From an uncultured Gemmatimonadaceae bacterium (GTDB lineage: Bacteria; Gemmatimonadota; Gemmatimonadetes; Gemmatimonadales; Gemmatimonadaceae), in contig CAVXGK010000001.1 in NCBI GenBank assembly GCA_963761305.1, positions 1,024,001 through 1,088,000 of the forward strand: DNA of 64,000 nucleotides. Direction: 5' to 3'. Below are positions 40,127-49,272 of this stretch, piece after piece. Position 1 is the first letter of the stretch. Every line of letters starts with the position of its first letter. The notes below the pieces were generated by a model. That model searched no databases, had not been told where the DNA came from, and saw only the letters and a program-made list of their open reading frames with translations. The translations under genes were made by a program, and so were the position numbers.

Positions 40127-41854
40127 TCAGTTCTTGACCGACTTCCCCGGCCCCCAGAGCACCTTGCCGGCCTTCGCGCCGGTATGCCTGCCGTGGTCGA
40201 TCGTCACGACGCCGTTGACGAGCACCCATTCGATGCCGGTCGGGAATTCCATCGGCTTCTCGTACGTCGCTTTGTCTTCGATCGTGTCGTAGTCGAAGAT
40301 CGTCACGTCGGCCCAGTTGCCGACTTCGATCGTGCCGCGGTTGGCGAGTCGCATGCGCGCGGCGGGCCAGCCGGTCATCTTGCGGATGGCTTCGGTCAGC
40401 GTGAGCACGTGACGCTGCTTGACGTATTTCGCGATTACCCGCGGGAAGTTGCCGAAGCTCCGCGGGTGCGGGAGGCCCGTCGCGTCGGGCACGCCGATTT
40501 GCGCCACGGCGCCCGCGTCGCTGCCGATGGACGTCCACGGAAAGCGCAGCGCGGTCTCGATGTCGGGCTCGCCCATCATATGGTAGATCGCCATCACGCG
40601 ACCGTTGCCCTGCGCGACGAGGTCCCACGCCGCGTCAGCCGGATCCTTGTTTTGCGCGCGCGCGATCTGCGCGATCGTCTGCTGCTCGTACTTCGCGTTG
40701 TCCTGATTGCGCGCGTTGACGAGGACGATGCCGTTCCATCCGCCGGCCGACTCGATGATGTTCCACCACCCTTCCGAGCCCGTGGTCACTTCCCGCTTGA
40801 GCCGCGCGCGAATCTGAGGATTCGCTAAACGCGCCTTGAGCGAATCCGTGCCGCCCTCCTGCGCCCAGCTGGGAATCGTCGCCTCGAGGCCCGTGCCGCC
40901 GGCCGTGTAGACGTACATGTCGGCCGCGATGTCGTCGCCGCGTGCGCGCGCCGCGTCGACGACCAGACGCACCGAATCCATCAGCACGCCCCACCCCGGC
41001 TGGTACGCGACCTTGAGATGGAAGATCTCGGCGGGCAGTCCGGCCTTCTCGCTGATCGTCACCAGCTCGTTGATGGCGCCGATGATTCCCTGCCCTTCGT
41101 CCCGCATGTGGCTGGCGTACGTGCCGCCGTACTTCGCCGCCGACTTCGCGACCTCGACCAGCTCGTCGGTCGTCGAGTAGCTCGACGGCGGATAGATGAG
41201 CGCCGTCGTCATCCCCATCGCGCCGCCGCGCATCGCCGTGTCCATGATCGCGCGCATCCGATCCAGCTCGGCGGCGTCCGGCTTTCGTGCCGACATGCCG
41301 AGTACTGCGACGCGCGCCTGCGTCTCGCTGAAGTAGCTCCCGAAGTTGATGCTGATGCCCTGTCGCTCGAGATTCGTGAAGTATTCGGCGACGCGGCCCG
41401 CGGGCACCGGCGTTCCGCCTTCGCCGCCGATCGCCGTCGTCACGCCTTCGCGCAGTTTGTTCTCGGCGAGGCCGTTGCGCGGCAGCACGCCGCCCGACTG
41501 ATCCATCATGTCGATCCAGCCCGGACTCACGAACTTGCCGGCGGCGTCGATCTCCCTGCGGCCGCGTGCGGTGATTTTGCCGATCCTGGCGAACCGGCCG
41601 TCCTTGATCGCCACGTCGGCGAAGATGACCGGATTCCCTTGCCCGTCGATGACGCAACCGTTGCGGATGACGACGTCGTAGAGCGTATCGGTCGACGTCG
41701 GCGGTGCCGCGCGGCGCGATGGACAGGACGCCGCACTCGCCATCGCGGTCGACGCGACCGCGGGCGTCGGCGCGCCGGCCGGTGTGCGCGACGATCCACC
41801 GCACGCGGCCGAGCCGGCGAGAAGCATCCACGCGCCGCGCGGCCGAGACATCAT
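40127..41854 (-). CDS. N-acyl-D-amino-acid deacylase (D-aminoacylase) family amidohydrolase, probable lipoprotein
   Basis: DVVIRNG.VIDG, PGWID, GVTT..GG, ALIYPP, HMRDE, HLK, GSD, PHPRSFGNFP; N-terminal AAC. Confidence 0.9.
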   Translation of the reverse strand: MMSRPRGAWMLLAGSAACGGSSRTPAGAPTPAVASTAMASAASCPSRRAAPPTSTDTLYDVVIRNGCVIDGQGNPVIFADVAIKDGRFARIGKITARGRREIDAAGKFVSPGWIDMMDQSGGVLPRNGLAENKLREGVTTAIGGEGGTPVPAGRVAEYFTNLERQGISINFGSYFSETQARVAVLGMSARKPDAAELDRMRAIMDTAMRGGAMGMTTALIYPPSSYSTTDELVEVAKSAAKYGGTYASHMRDEGQGIIGAINELVTISEKAGLPAEIFHLKVAYQPGWGVLMDSVRLVVDAARARGDDIAADMYVYTAGGTGLEATIPSWAQEGGTDSLKARLANPQIRARLKREVTTGSEGWWNIIESAGGWNGIVLVNARNQDNAKYEQQTIAQIARAQNKDPADAAWDLVAQGNGRVMAIYHMMGEPDIETALRFPWTSIGSDAGAVAQIGVPDATGLPHPRSFGNFPRVIAKYVKQRHVLTLTEAIRKMTGWPAARMRLANRGTIEVGNWADVTIFDYDTIEDKATYEKPMEFPTGIEWVLVNGVVTIDHGRHTGAKAGKVLWGPGKSVKN

Positions 41855-43350
41855 CGGCGGACGCGCGCGAAGGTGATTCCCGAAATGCGCACGCCCGACA
41901 CGCCGCCGGTGCCGTCCGGAGTAAAGGTCAGCGCGACCTGCTCGCGCGGATTCGCGGCGTGCGTCCGGAACGAGTCGATGTCCCAGTGATCCAACTCGAC
42001 TTCGGGATCGGTGACGACGCGCGCCCGCAACTTTCCGTTCGCGTTCGTCACGGTGACGGTTCCGTACGCCGAATCGACGAACGTGCCGGCGTACTTCTCG
42101 ATCGCGACCGACGCCGGACGCTCTACGTGCTGCGCCGCTTGTACCACCGGACCGGCGCTCTGCCTCATGCGCGCGAATAGCGCGCTGACCTCCGCGCTCC
42201 AGTCTCGCGACGGGCCGCCGTTGTAGAGATCGAACGCGCGGTACATGAGCGCGTGTCGCAGCTCCGCGTGATCGAGGTTCTCCAGGACGTAGACGCCGAG
42301 GTGCTCGTTCGGCATGAGGCCGATGATGGCGCACTGGCCGTCGATGCTGCCGGTGTGCATCCACACCTGCTGGCCCGCGTAGTCCTGGATGAACCAGCCG
42401 AACCCGTAGCTGAAGAAGTCGGGCCGCGACAGTTGAAGCGCCGGGTACTCTTCCATCGGCGCTTGAATTTGCGGCGTGATCAACTCGCGGAACGTCGACG
42501 CCTTGATGAGGCGCTTGTCGCCGACTCGGCCGCTGTCGAGGATGAAGCGCATCCACTTCGACATGTCGCTCACGCTCGACCAAACCGACCCGGCGGGCGC
42601 AATGAGGTCCGTCGAGCGCATCGGAACGGCGCGAACGCTGTCGCCCGCCAGGACGTGCGGTACCGAGACGTTCGCTTTGCCGCCAATTTCCGACACGAGC
42701 GCTTCGGTCTCGTTCATCCCAAGCGGTCCGAAGATGTGCGAACGGACGAACGCCTCCCACGACATCCCCGACGCGCGCTCGACGATCGTTCCGCTCAAGG
42801 CGTACATCACGTTCTGATACGACCAGTTCGACCGGAAGGACGACTCGGGTTTGATGTAGCGCAGCCCGTGAATGATCTCCGGCAGTGTGTAGTGCCACCG
42901 CGCCCAGAAGAGGTCCGTACCCGGCAAGCCGCTGCGATGCGTGAGCAGGTCACGAATGGTCAACTCGCGCGTCGCGTAGGGATCGTACAGCTGGAGCTCG
43001 GGGATGTAGTCCGTGACGTGGTCGTCCCAATGGATCTTCCCTTCGTCGACGAGCATGGCGAGCGACGCGGACGTCATCGCCTTCGTCGTCGACCCGATCG
43101 CGAAGCGCGTGTGCTCGTCGGCCTTCTGACTCTTGCCGATCTCGAGCACGCCATAGCCCTTGGCGAAGACGAGCGAGTCGTCCTTCACGACGGCGATCGC
43201 GAGCGCCGGCACCTTCCAATCGCGGGCCGCTTGGGCGACATAGCGGTCGAACGCCGCCCAGTCAGGAGCGGTTGCCTTTTGAGCGCTCGCCGGCGCGACC
43301 GCGGCGAGCGCCGCGACGGCCATGGCAGTCAAACGCAAATTGCTTCGCAT
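41851..43350 (-). CDS. Beta-lactamase-fold serine hydrolase with DUF3471 domain
   Basis: FAIGSTTK, LLTHRSG, YQN, HTG; signal peptide. Confidence 0.92.
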   Translation of the reverse strand: MRSNLRLTAMAVAALAAVAPASAQKATAPDWAAFDRYVAQAARDWKVPALAIAVVKDDSLVFAKGYGVLEIGKSQKADEHTRFAIGSTTKAMTSASLAMLVDEGKIHWDDHVTDYIPELQLYDPYATRELTIRDLLTHRSGLPGTDLFWARWHYTLPEIIHGLRYIKPESSFRSNWSYQNVMYALSGTIVERASGMSWEAFVRSHIFGPLGMNETEALVSEIGGKANVSVPHVLAGDSVRAVPMRSTDLIAPAGSVWSSVSDMSKWMRFILDSGRVGDKRLIKASTFRELITPQIQAPMEEYPALQLSRPDFFSYGFGWFIQDYAGQQVWMHTGSIDGQCAIIGLMPNEHLGVYVLENLDHAELRHALMYRAFDLYNGGPSRDWSAEVSALFARMRQSAGPVVQAAQHVERPASVAIEKYAGTFVDSAYGTVTVTNANGKLRARVVTDPEVELDHWDIDSFRTHAANPREQVALTFTPDGTGGVSGVRISGITFARVRR

Positions 43351-43402
43351 GGATCCTCGAAATGTCTTGTTGACGGTCTGCCGGTCCACCGGTCCACTTC
43401 TC

Positions 43403-45277
43403 TCAACGGGCGTTCACCACGGACACCTGCACGTAACTCGCCGCGTCGCGCGACCGGAAGATGCGATGCGTCTGCGCCTTGAAATCGGAATCTTTGGCCT
43501 CGAAGATGTTGGCCACGTAGGTCTGCGGGTTGCGGTCGATCAGCGGGAACCAACTGCTCTGCACTTCGACCATGATGCGGTGTCCCTTGCGGAACTTGTA
43601 ATCCTGCGTGTGGAGATCGATCACGTATTCGTCGACGTGGTTCGGCGTGATCGCCTCGGGATGCTCGAAGCTCTTGCGAAACCGGCCGCGGAAAACATCG
43701 TTGGCGACCATGAGCTGGTAGCCGCCGAGCTTCGCGTCGCCCTGGCTCGAATCCGGATACACATCGATGAGCTTCACGACCCAATCGGCGTCGGAACCCG
43801 TGGTCGACGCGAACAGATGCGCCGTGATGTCGCCGGCGATCACGACGTCGTCGGAGAGCGGTTCCGTCTCCCAGTTGATGACGTCGGGGCGTCCGGCGAG
43901 GAATCGCTGATCGTCGGCGAGCCAGCGCGACCACGTCGAACCCTCGCCGTACGTCGGCAGGATCGGCCGCGGACGATAGGGCACTGGGTTCGCCGGATCG
44001 GACACGTACGAATCGGCCGCCTTCGGCGTACGGTCGGCCGACGCGGTGAACGACAGCTTGTGATCGGCCTGCGTGTAGAGACGCCGCGGCGTGACGTCGG
44101 CTTTCGGCGGCCAGCTCGCGTGCTGCTCCCACTTGTTCGTTCCCGCTTCGAACGTCGTCGCCTCGGCGAGGTTCATCTGGCCGACGCCCTTGAGCCAGTA
44201 CGCGAAGAACGGCGCCTGGATGTCGCGTCGATAGTCCGGCGACGTGGCCGACCCGAAGTCGAGATTGCCGAGCGTCCTGCCGCTGGGCCCACTCCACCCA
44301 CCGTGATTCCACGGGCCGACGACGAGGAAGTTGAGGTGGTTTGTGTCGTGCTTCTCGAGCAGCTCATAGATGGTGATCGGTCCGTAGAAGTCCTCCTGGT
44401 CCCACCAGCCCGCGACGCTGAGCGTCGGCACGGTCACGCGATCCACGTACGGAGCGACAGCCTGTTTCTGCCAGAACGCGTCGTAGCTCGGATGGTTCGC
44501 GAAGTTGTTCCAGCTCGGAATGTTGCCGTGCAGGTATTTCTCGTTGACGTGGGCGAGCGATCCGAGCTTGAGGTACCAGTCGTACGTGTCGGAGTCGTTG
44601 AACGCGAACGGCGCGCGTTCCTTGTTCGTCTCCATCATCACCGCGTACTCGAACCCATAGCTCAACCGGAACGCGCCGTTGTGGTGAAAGTCGTCGCCGA
44701 TGAACATGTCGGCGGGCGACGCCTGCGGCGACACCGCCTTGAGCGCCGGGTGCGGATCGAGCATCGCGACCACGGTGAGCCATCCCGGATACGACACGCC
44801 CATCATCCCGACGCGCCCGTTGTTGTGCGGCACGTTCTTGATCAGCCAGTCGATCGTGTCGTACGTGTCGGTGCTTTCGTCGATCGCTTTCGGATCCTTC
44901 TTGTTCCGCATTTGGCGCAGCATCACGAACTGTCCTTCCGACTTGTAGCGTCCGCGAATGTCCTGATGGACGAAGATGTACCCCTCGCGCGCCAGCTCCG
45001 CGTACGCGCCGCGGAACGTCGCCTCGCCGCCTTCGATGCCGTACGGCGTGCGGATCATGATGATCGGCAGATTCCCGGCGAATCCGCGCGGCACGAAGAT
45101 GTTGGTGTGCAGCTTCACCCCGTCGCGCATCGGGACCATCGTCTCCGTCTTGTCGAACGTCGGAATCGGCGGCGCGCCTTCACTCCCCGGCTCCTGCGCC
45201 CGCGCGAGCGCCGAGACGAGGATGGCCGCGGCGATGACGAGGCGGGGCACGGATAGAACCACTGGACGCACGCGCAT
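43403..45277 (-). CDS. CocE/NonD family hydrolase (alpha-amino acid ester hydrolase / GL-7-ACA acylase-like, S15)
   Basis: MRDGVKL, RTPY, QDIRGRY.SEG, GVSYPG, WDQED, GPWNHG, SWFP..DRNPQ. Confidence 0.93.
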   Translation of the reverse strand: MRVRPVVLSVPRLVIAAAILVSALARAQEPGSEGAPPIPTFDKTETMVPMRDGVKLHTNIFVPRGFAGNLPIIMIRTPYGIEGGEATFRGAYAELAREGYIFVHQDIRGRYKSEGQFVMLRQMRNKKDPKAIDESTDTYDTIDWLIKNVPHNNGRVGMMGVSYPGWLTVVAMLDPHPALKAVSPQASPADMFIGDDFHHNGAFRLSYGFEYAVMMETNKERAPFAFNDSDTYDWYLKLGSLAHVNEKYLHGNIPSWNNFANHPSYDAFWQKQAVAPYVDRVTVPTLSVAGWWDQEDFYGPITIYELLEKHDTNHLNFLVVGPWNHGGWSGPSGRTLGNLDFGSATSPDYRRDIQAPFFAYWLKGVGQMNLAEATTFEAGTNKWEQHASWPPKADVTPRRLYTQADHKLSFTASADRTPKAADSYVSDPANPVPYRPRPILPTYGEGSTWSRWLADDQRFLAGRPDVINWETEPLSDDVVIAGDITAHLFASTTGSDADWVVKLIDVYPDSSQGDAKLGGYQLMVANDVFRGRFRKSFEHPEAITPNHVDEYVIDLHTQDYKFRKGHRIMVEVQSSWFPLIDRNPQTYVANIFEAKDSDFKAQTHRIFRSRDAASYVQVSVVNAR

Positions 45278-45358
45278 GTGAGGGCTCCGGACGGTCGAGG
45301 CGGGTAGTCCCGCCGATTGTACACCAGAGTGGTAGACCATGCAACACCGGAGGGCGAA

Positions 45359-45421
45359 ACTAACGAACAGCGGAGGTGACAAACGGCGAAGGTGACGAAC
45401 CGCGATGCTAACGAACGGCGA
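45359..45421. repeat. Degenerate 15-16 bp tandem repeat (about 4 units)
   Basis: Units like GGTGACGAACCGCGA / GCTAACGAACGGCGA in a divergent intergenic region. Confidence 0.55.
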
Positions 45422-45550
45422 GAACGACGCCGGACCACATCACGATTTCCATCGCGTAACGCCTTCGGTGGCATCGGAGGTGCGTTTCTCATCCGCGGAA
45501 ATTGGACCTTCGTCTAGCGCGGCGAGCTCCGCCGCGATGGGAGGTAGGTG

Positions 45551-46216
45551 ATGAGTAACTCAATGATCATGGGAATTATCGTCATCGCGCTCGCCGTGAC
45601 GGTTGTCGTCGTCTGGTACGCGATTGACTTGCGTCAACGCAGTAGCGCCCTTCGAGCGCAGTACGGCAGCGAGTACGACCGTACAGTCCGCCACTCCAGC
45701 AGCCGACGGGCCGCGGAGGCCGAGCTCGCCAAGCGTCAGGACCGCGTCGACCATTTCGAAATCCGGCCACTGCTCGCCGAACAGCGCGAGTTGTTCGACC
45801 AGCAATGGCGCGACGTCCAGGAAATGTTCGTCGACGATCCCGCCCGCGCGATCAATCGTGCCGACGCGCTCGTCGTCGAAGCGATGCGGACGCGCGGCTA
45901 TCCGGTCGCCAACTTCGAACAGCGCGCCGCGGACTTGTCGGTCCGGCATTCGGCATTCGTGCGAAACTATCGCGCGGCGCGCGACGTCGCCGAGCGCCAT
46001 CGACGCGGCGCCGCGACGACGGAAGAGCTTCGACGCGCGATGCTCTACTACCACGAGATGTTCGACGATCTGCTGGGCCCCGAGCCGGCGATGACGGATC
46101 GCCCCGTCGAGATGATCGTTGGGCGAGACGTTGCGCCGCCGCCGGTGATCGACGATCTCCAACGCCCGCAACCGAGGCGGACGTTCGATTCACACCCGGA
46201 CGACGAGGTTCGCTAA
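45551..46216 (+). CDS. Conserved hypothetical membrane-anchored protein
   Basis: GGGAGG RBS; one TM helix; LR..YG.EYDR, W..VQ..FVDDP..A...AD, M..RGYP, TEELRRAM..Y...F..L. Confidence 0.8.
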   Translation: MSNSMIMGIIVIALAVTVVVVWYAIDLRQRSSALRAQYGSEYDRTVRHSSSRRAAEAELAKRQDRVDHFEIRPLLAEQRELFDQQWRDVQEMFVDDPARAINRADALVVEAMRTRGYPVANFEQRAADLSVRHSAFVRNYRAARDVAERHRRGAATTEELRRAMLYYHEMFDDLLGPEPAMTDRPVEMIVGRDVAPPPVIDDLQRPQPRRTFDSHPDDEVR

Positions 46217-46229
46217 TCAAGTTCCGGCT

Positions 46230-46262
46230 GCACGGCTGACGGCGGCACGCCGTCAGCCGTGC
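46230..46262. terminator. Perfect 15-bp hairpin between convergent genes
   Basis: GCACGGCTGACGGCG-gca-CGCCGTCAGCCGTGC; no U tract. Confidence 0.6.
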
Positions 46263-46269
46263 GACCGGT

Positions 46270-48684
46270 CTACTCGAACCTGAGCGCTTCGACCGGATCG
46301 ACGTTCGCCGCGCGTCGTGCGGGGATGTAGCTCGCCACGAGTGCGATCGTCGTCAGCAGCACCGCCACGCCGACGAAGCTCAGCGGATCGAACGGCGATA
46401 CGCCGTAGAGCAGTGTGCGCAGGAACCGAGTGACCGCGAGGCCGCCGGCCAGCCCGATCAAGACGCCGAGTCCGCCGAGAGACGCGCCATGGCCGACGAC
46501 CAATCGCAGCACGTCGCCGCGCTGTGCACCGAGCGCCACGCGCACGCCGATCTCCTGCGTCCGCTGCGAGACCGCGTACGAGATCACGCCATAGACGCCG
46601 ATCGCCGCCAGCACCACCGCGATCGCCGCGAACACACCGAACAGTTTTCCATAGAGCGCCTGCTGCCAGTACGAGCGCGTGATGCTCGCGTCCATGCTCA
46701 TCACGCGGTACGCCGGCAGTTGCGGATCCGCCTGCTTGAGCGCGCCGAGTACCGTGTTCGTGATGTTCGCCGGATCGCCCTGCGCTCGCACGACAATCGA
46801 TGCCGTGTTCCAGCCGCCCTGACGGTACGGCATGTAGCCCTGCAAATCCGGCGTCGACGTGAGCTGCTTGTGTTTGATGTCGGCAGCGACGCCGATGATC
46901 GTGATCCAGCGAACTGCTGTGTCCGTGGCCGCGCCGAACTTGAAGCGCTTGCCGATCGCGTCGCCCTTCGGCCAGAATTTGTTGGCCAGGTACTCGTTGA
47001 CCACGGCGACGCGACCGGCCACGCCGGAGTCCGCCCACTCCTGCTGGTTGAACATCCGCCCGCGCTTCAGCGGGATGTGCATCGTCTCCAGATACCTTGG
47101 CGACACCCAACGAATCTCGAGCAACGGCTCCTCGCCGAGCAACGTGGGCCGATCTTCGAGCGTGAAGAAGCTGTTGTTGTTGCCCCCACTCAAAGGGATG
47201 TTGTTCGTGATCGCCGCCGAAACGACGCCGGGGCGCCGATTCAGATCCGTGAGGAAGCGATCCCAGAACGCGAATCGCTTGAACGTCGAGTCGTAGTGCG
47301 GACCGGTGAGCGTGACGCGCATGGTGAGCAGGCCGTCGGCGTCGAACCCGGGCTTGATGCTCTGCAGCCCGAGGAAGCTGCGAATGAGGAGCGCCGCTCC
47401 AACCAGCAGCACGAGCGACAGCGCGACCTCGCCGACGACGAGGCTGCTGCGTAGACGCTGACGGGAGCGCCCCGCGCTCGCGCCGCGCGTGCCCGAGTCG
47501 CGCAGCGTTTCGTTCAGGTTCGGGTTCGACGATTGGAGCGCCGGCACGAGTCCGAACAGGATCCCAGTCACCACGGCGACCGCCACGGTGAACAGCAGCA
47601 CCTGGCCGTCGATCGTAAAGCGCATCCAGAACGGAATCCCGTTGAGAAGGCTGGTCTTGATCCATTGCAGCAGTCCAAACGCGAACGCGATGCCCAGCGT
47701 CGCGCCCGCCAGCGCGACGAGCACGCTCTCCGTGAGCAGTTGCCGCATCACCCGCCAGCTTTCGGCCCCGAGTGCGACGCGCACCGCCATCTCTTTGGAC
47801 CGCGCCGTCGCACGGGCGAGCAGGAGATTCGCGACGTTGGCGCACGCGATGAGCAGCACGAACGCCACCGACGCCATCATGATGAGCAGAACCGGACGAA
47901 TGTTGCCGACCTGCGAATCACGCAGCGTCTGCACGTCCACGCCCCAGCCCGTGTTCGACTGCGGATATTGCGCCTCGATCGTCGCGGCGATGCGCCGCAG
48001 GTCCGTTTGCGCTTGATCGATCGTGACGCCTGGCTTGAGCCGCCCGATGACTTGCCACGAGTGATTGCCGCGGTTCTTCATCGGGTCCAGCTGCATCGTC
48101 GTCCACGCCTGCGCCGAGCTCGGGAACTCGAAGTCCGGCGGCATCACGCCGATGACCGTGTTCTTCACGCCGTCGACGAGGATCTCCTGCCCGAGGATGT
48201 CTCGGCGACCCGCGAACCGGTCGTGCCAGAGACGGTCGCCGAGAATGATCACGTTCGGCGCGCCCACTCGGTCTTCGTCTTCCTTGAAATCCCGGCCGAG
48301 CGCCGGCGAAACGCCGAGCGTGCGAAACGTCGTCCACGACACGTTGCCGCCGGGCACGTATTCCGCGCCGCCGTTCGCGGCCAGGTTGTAGGACGTCCCG
48401 GTGTAGATGCCGACGTTCGCCAGCGAGCGATTGTCCGCCTGCCAGCTGCGAAAGTTCGGATACGACACGCTGTTCATGTGCCAGCCGCGCTTCGCGTTCG
48501 CCTCGCCGATCGCCACCAGCGCGTCGGGATCGCGATACGGGAACGGCCGCAGCAGCATCGCCCGGATGCAACTGAAAATCGTCGCGTTGACGCCGATGCC
48601 CAGCGCCAGGCAGAGCACGGCGGTGACGGTGAACGCCGGACTCTTGACTAGCGTGCGAAACGCGAAGCGAATGTCCTGGAGCAT
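46270..48684 (-). CDS. ADOP-family duplicated ABC permease without prefix domain
   Basis: [58 protein letters not shown]. Confidence 0.94.
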   Translation of the reverse strand: MLQDIRFAFRTLVKSPAFTVTAVLCLALGIGVNATIFSCIRAMLLRPFPYRDPDALVAIGEANAKRGWHMNSVSYPNFRSWQADNRSLANVGIYTGTSYNLAANGGAEYVPGGNVSWTTFRTLGVSPALGRDFKEDEDRVGAPNVIILGDRLWHDRFAGRRDILGQEILVDGVKNTVIGVMPPDFEFPSSAQAWTTMQLDPMKNRGNHSWQVIGRLKPGVTIDQAQTDLRRIAATIEAQYPQSNTGWGVDVQTLRDSQVGNIRPVLLIMMASVAFVLLIACANVANLLLARATARSKEMAVRVALGAESWRVMRQLLTESVLVALAGATLGIAFAFGLLQWIKTSLLNGIPFWMRFTIDGQVLLFTVAVAVVTGILFGLVPALQSSNPNLNETLRDSGTRGASAGRSRQRLRSSLVVGEVALSLVLLVGAALLIRSFLGLQSIKPGFDADGLLTMRVTLTGPHYDSTFKRFAFWDRFLTDLNRRPGVVSAAITNNIPLSGGNNNSFFTLEDRPTLLGEEPLLEIRWVSPRYLETMHIPLKRGRMFNQQEWADSGVAGRVAVVNEYLANKFWPKGDAIGKRFKFGAATDTAVRWITIIGVAADIKHKQLTSTPDLQGYMPYRQGGWNTASIVVRAQGDPANITNTVLGALKQADPQLPAYRVMSMDASITRSYWQQALYGKLFGVFAAIAVVLAAIGVYGVISYAVSQRTQEIGVRVALGAQRGDVLRLVVGHGASLGGLGVLIGLAGGLAVTRFLRTLLYGVSPFDPLSFVGVAVLLTTIALVASYIPARRAANVDPVEALRFE

Positions 48685-48903
48685 GTGCAAGGGGTAGGGG
48701 CCGCTCGGTCAGACAGTCGGCCCAGGGCTTTGGTTGAAGTGGACTCCCCTTTCTGTTTCGTCGATCCTGGCCCGGCGAGCGCTGGTCTGAAGTCCGATGT
48801 CTGAGGTCAGTCGTCCGACTTCGAGCGAACCACGCGGCCAGCCAAGCCACACGGAAGGCAGACTGGCCGCGATCCCTGCGGTTACGGCGACAACCCTTCT
48901 ACT

Positions 48904-48938
48904 CTTCCTGCTGTCTACCCTTAGACACTAGGAGGAAG
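48904..48938. promoter_or_regulatory. Nested palindrome TGTCTA-ccct-TAGACA within CTTCCT...AGGAAG, overlapping the padR RBS
   Basis: Inverted repeats directly upstream of the padR ATG; the role is inferred. Confidence 0.45.
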
Positions 48939-48943
48939 CCCGC

Positions 48944-49270
48944 ATGCCCCTGCTCAAAGGGACGCTCGACCCGCTGGTCCTCAAGACGCTGTCCTGGACC
49001 CCGATGCACGCCTTCGAGATCACATCGTGGATCGAAGACCGCTCGGCCGGCCGCGTCGCCGTCGACGACGCCGCGCTGCTCCAGGCGCTGCACCGCATGG
49101 AGGAACGCCGGCTGATCGAAGCCGAGTGGGGCGTGACGAAGAACGGACGCCGGGCCAGATACTACAAGATCACGCCGGCCGGCCGTGCGCATCTGCGCGC
49201 CGAGTCGGCGCGGCTCGTCGACCACTTCGACGCCGTCGTCTCCGTCCTTGGCGCCAAGTCGGCGAAATAG
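48944..49270 (+). CDS. PadR family transcriptional regulator (acidobacterial type)
   Basis: LLKGTLD.LVLKTL, ALHRMEE...I.AEWG...NGRRARYY.IT..G. Confidence 0.95.
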   Translation: MPLLKGTLDPLVLKTLSWTPMHAFEITSWIEDRSAGRVAVDDAALLQALHRMEERRLIEAEWGVTKNGRRARYYKITPAGRAHLRAESARLVDHFDAVVSVLGAKSAK

Positions 49271-49272
49271 CC

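Noticed and set aside
27121..43350. Beta-lactam resistance genes
   Set aside because: Both SxxK proteins carry DUF3471-type tails and sit in catabolic operons. The fold alone does not support a resistance call.
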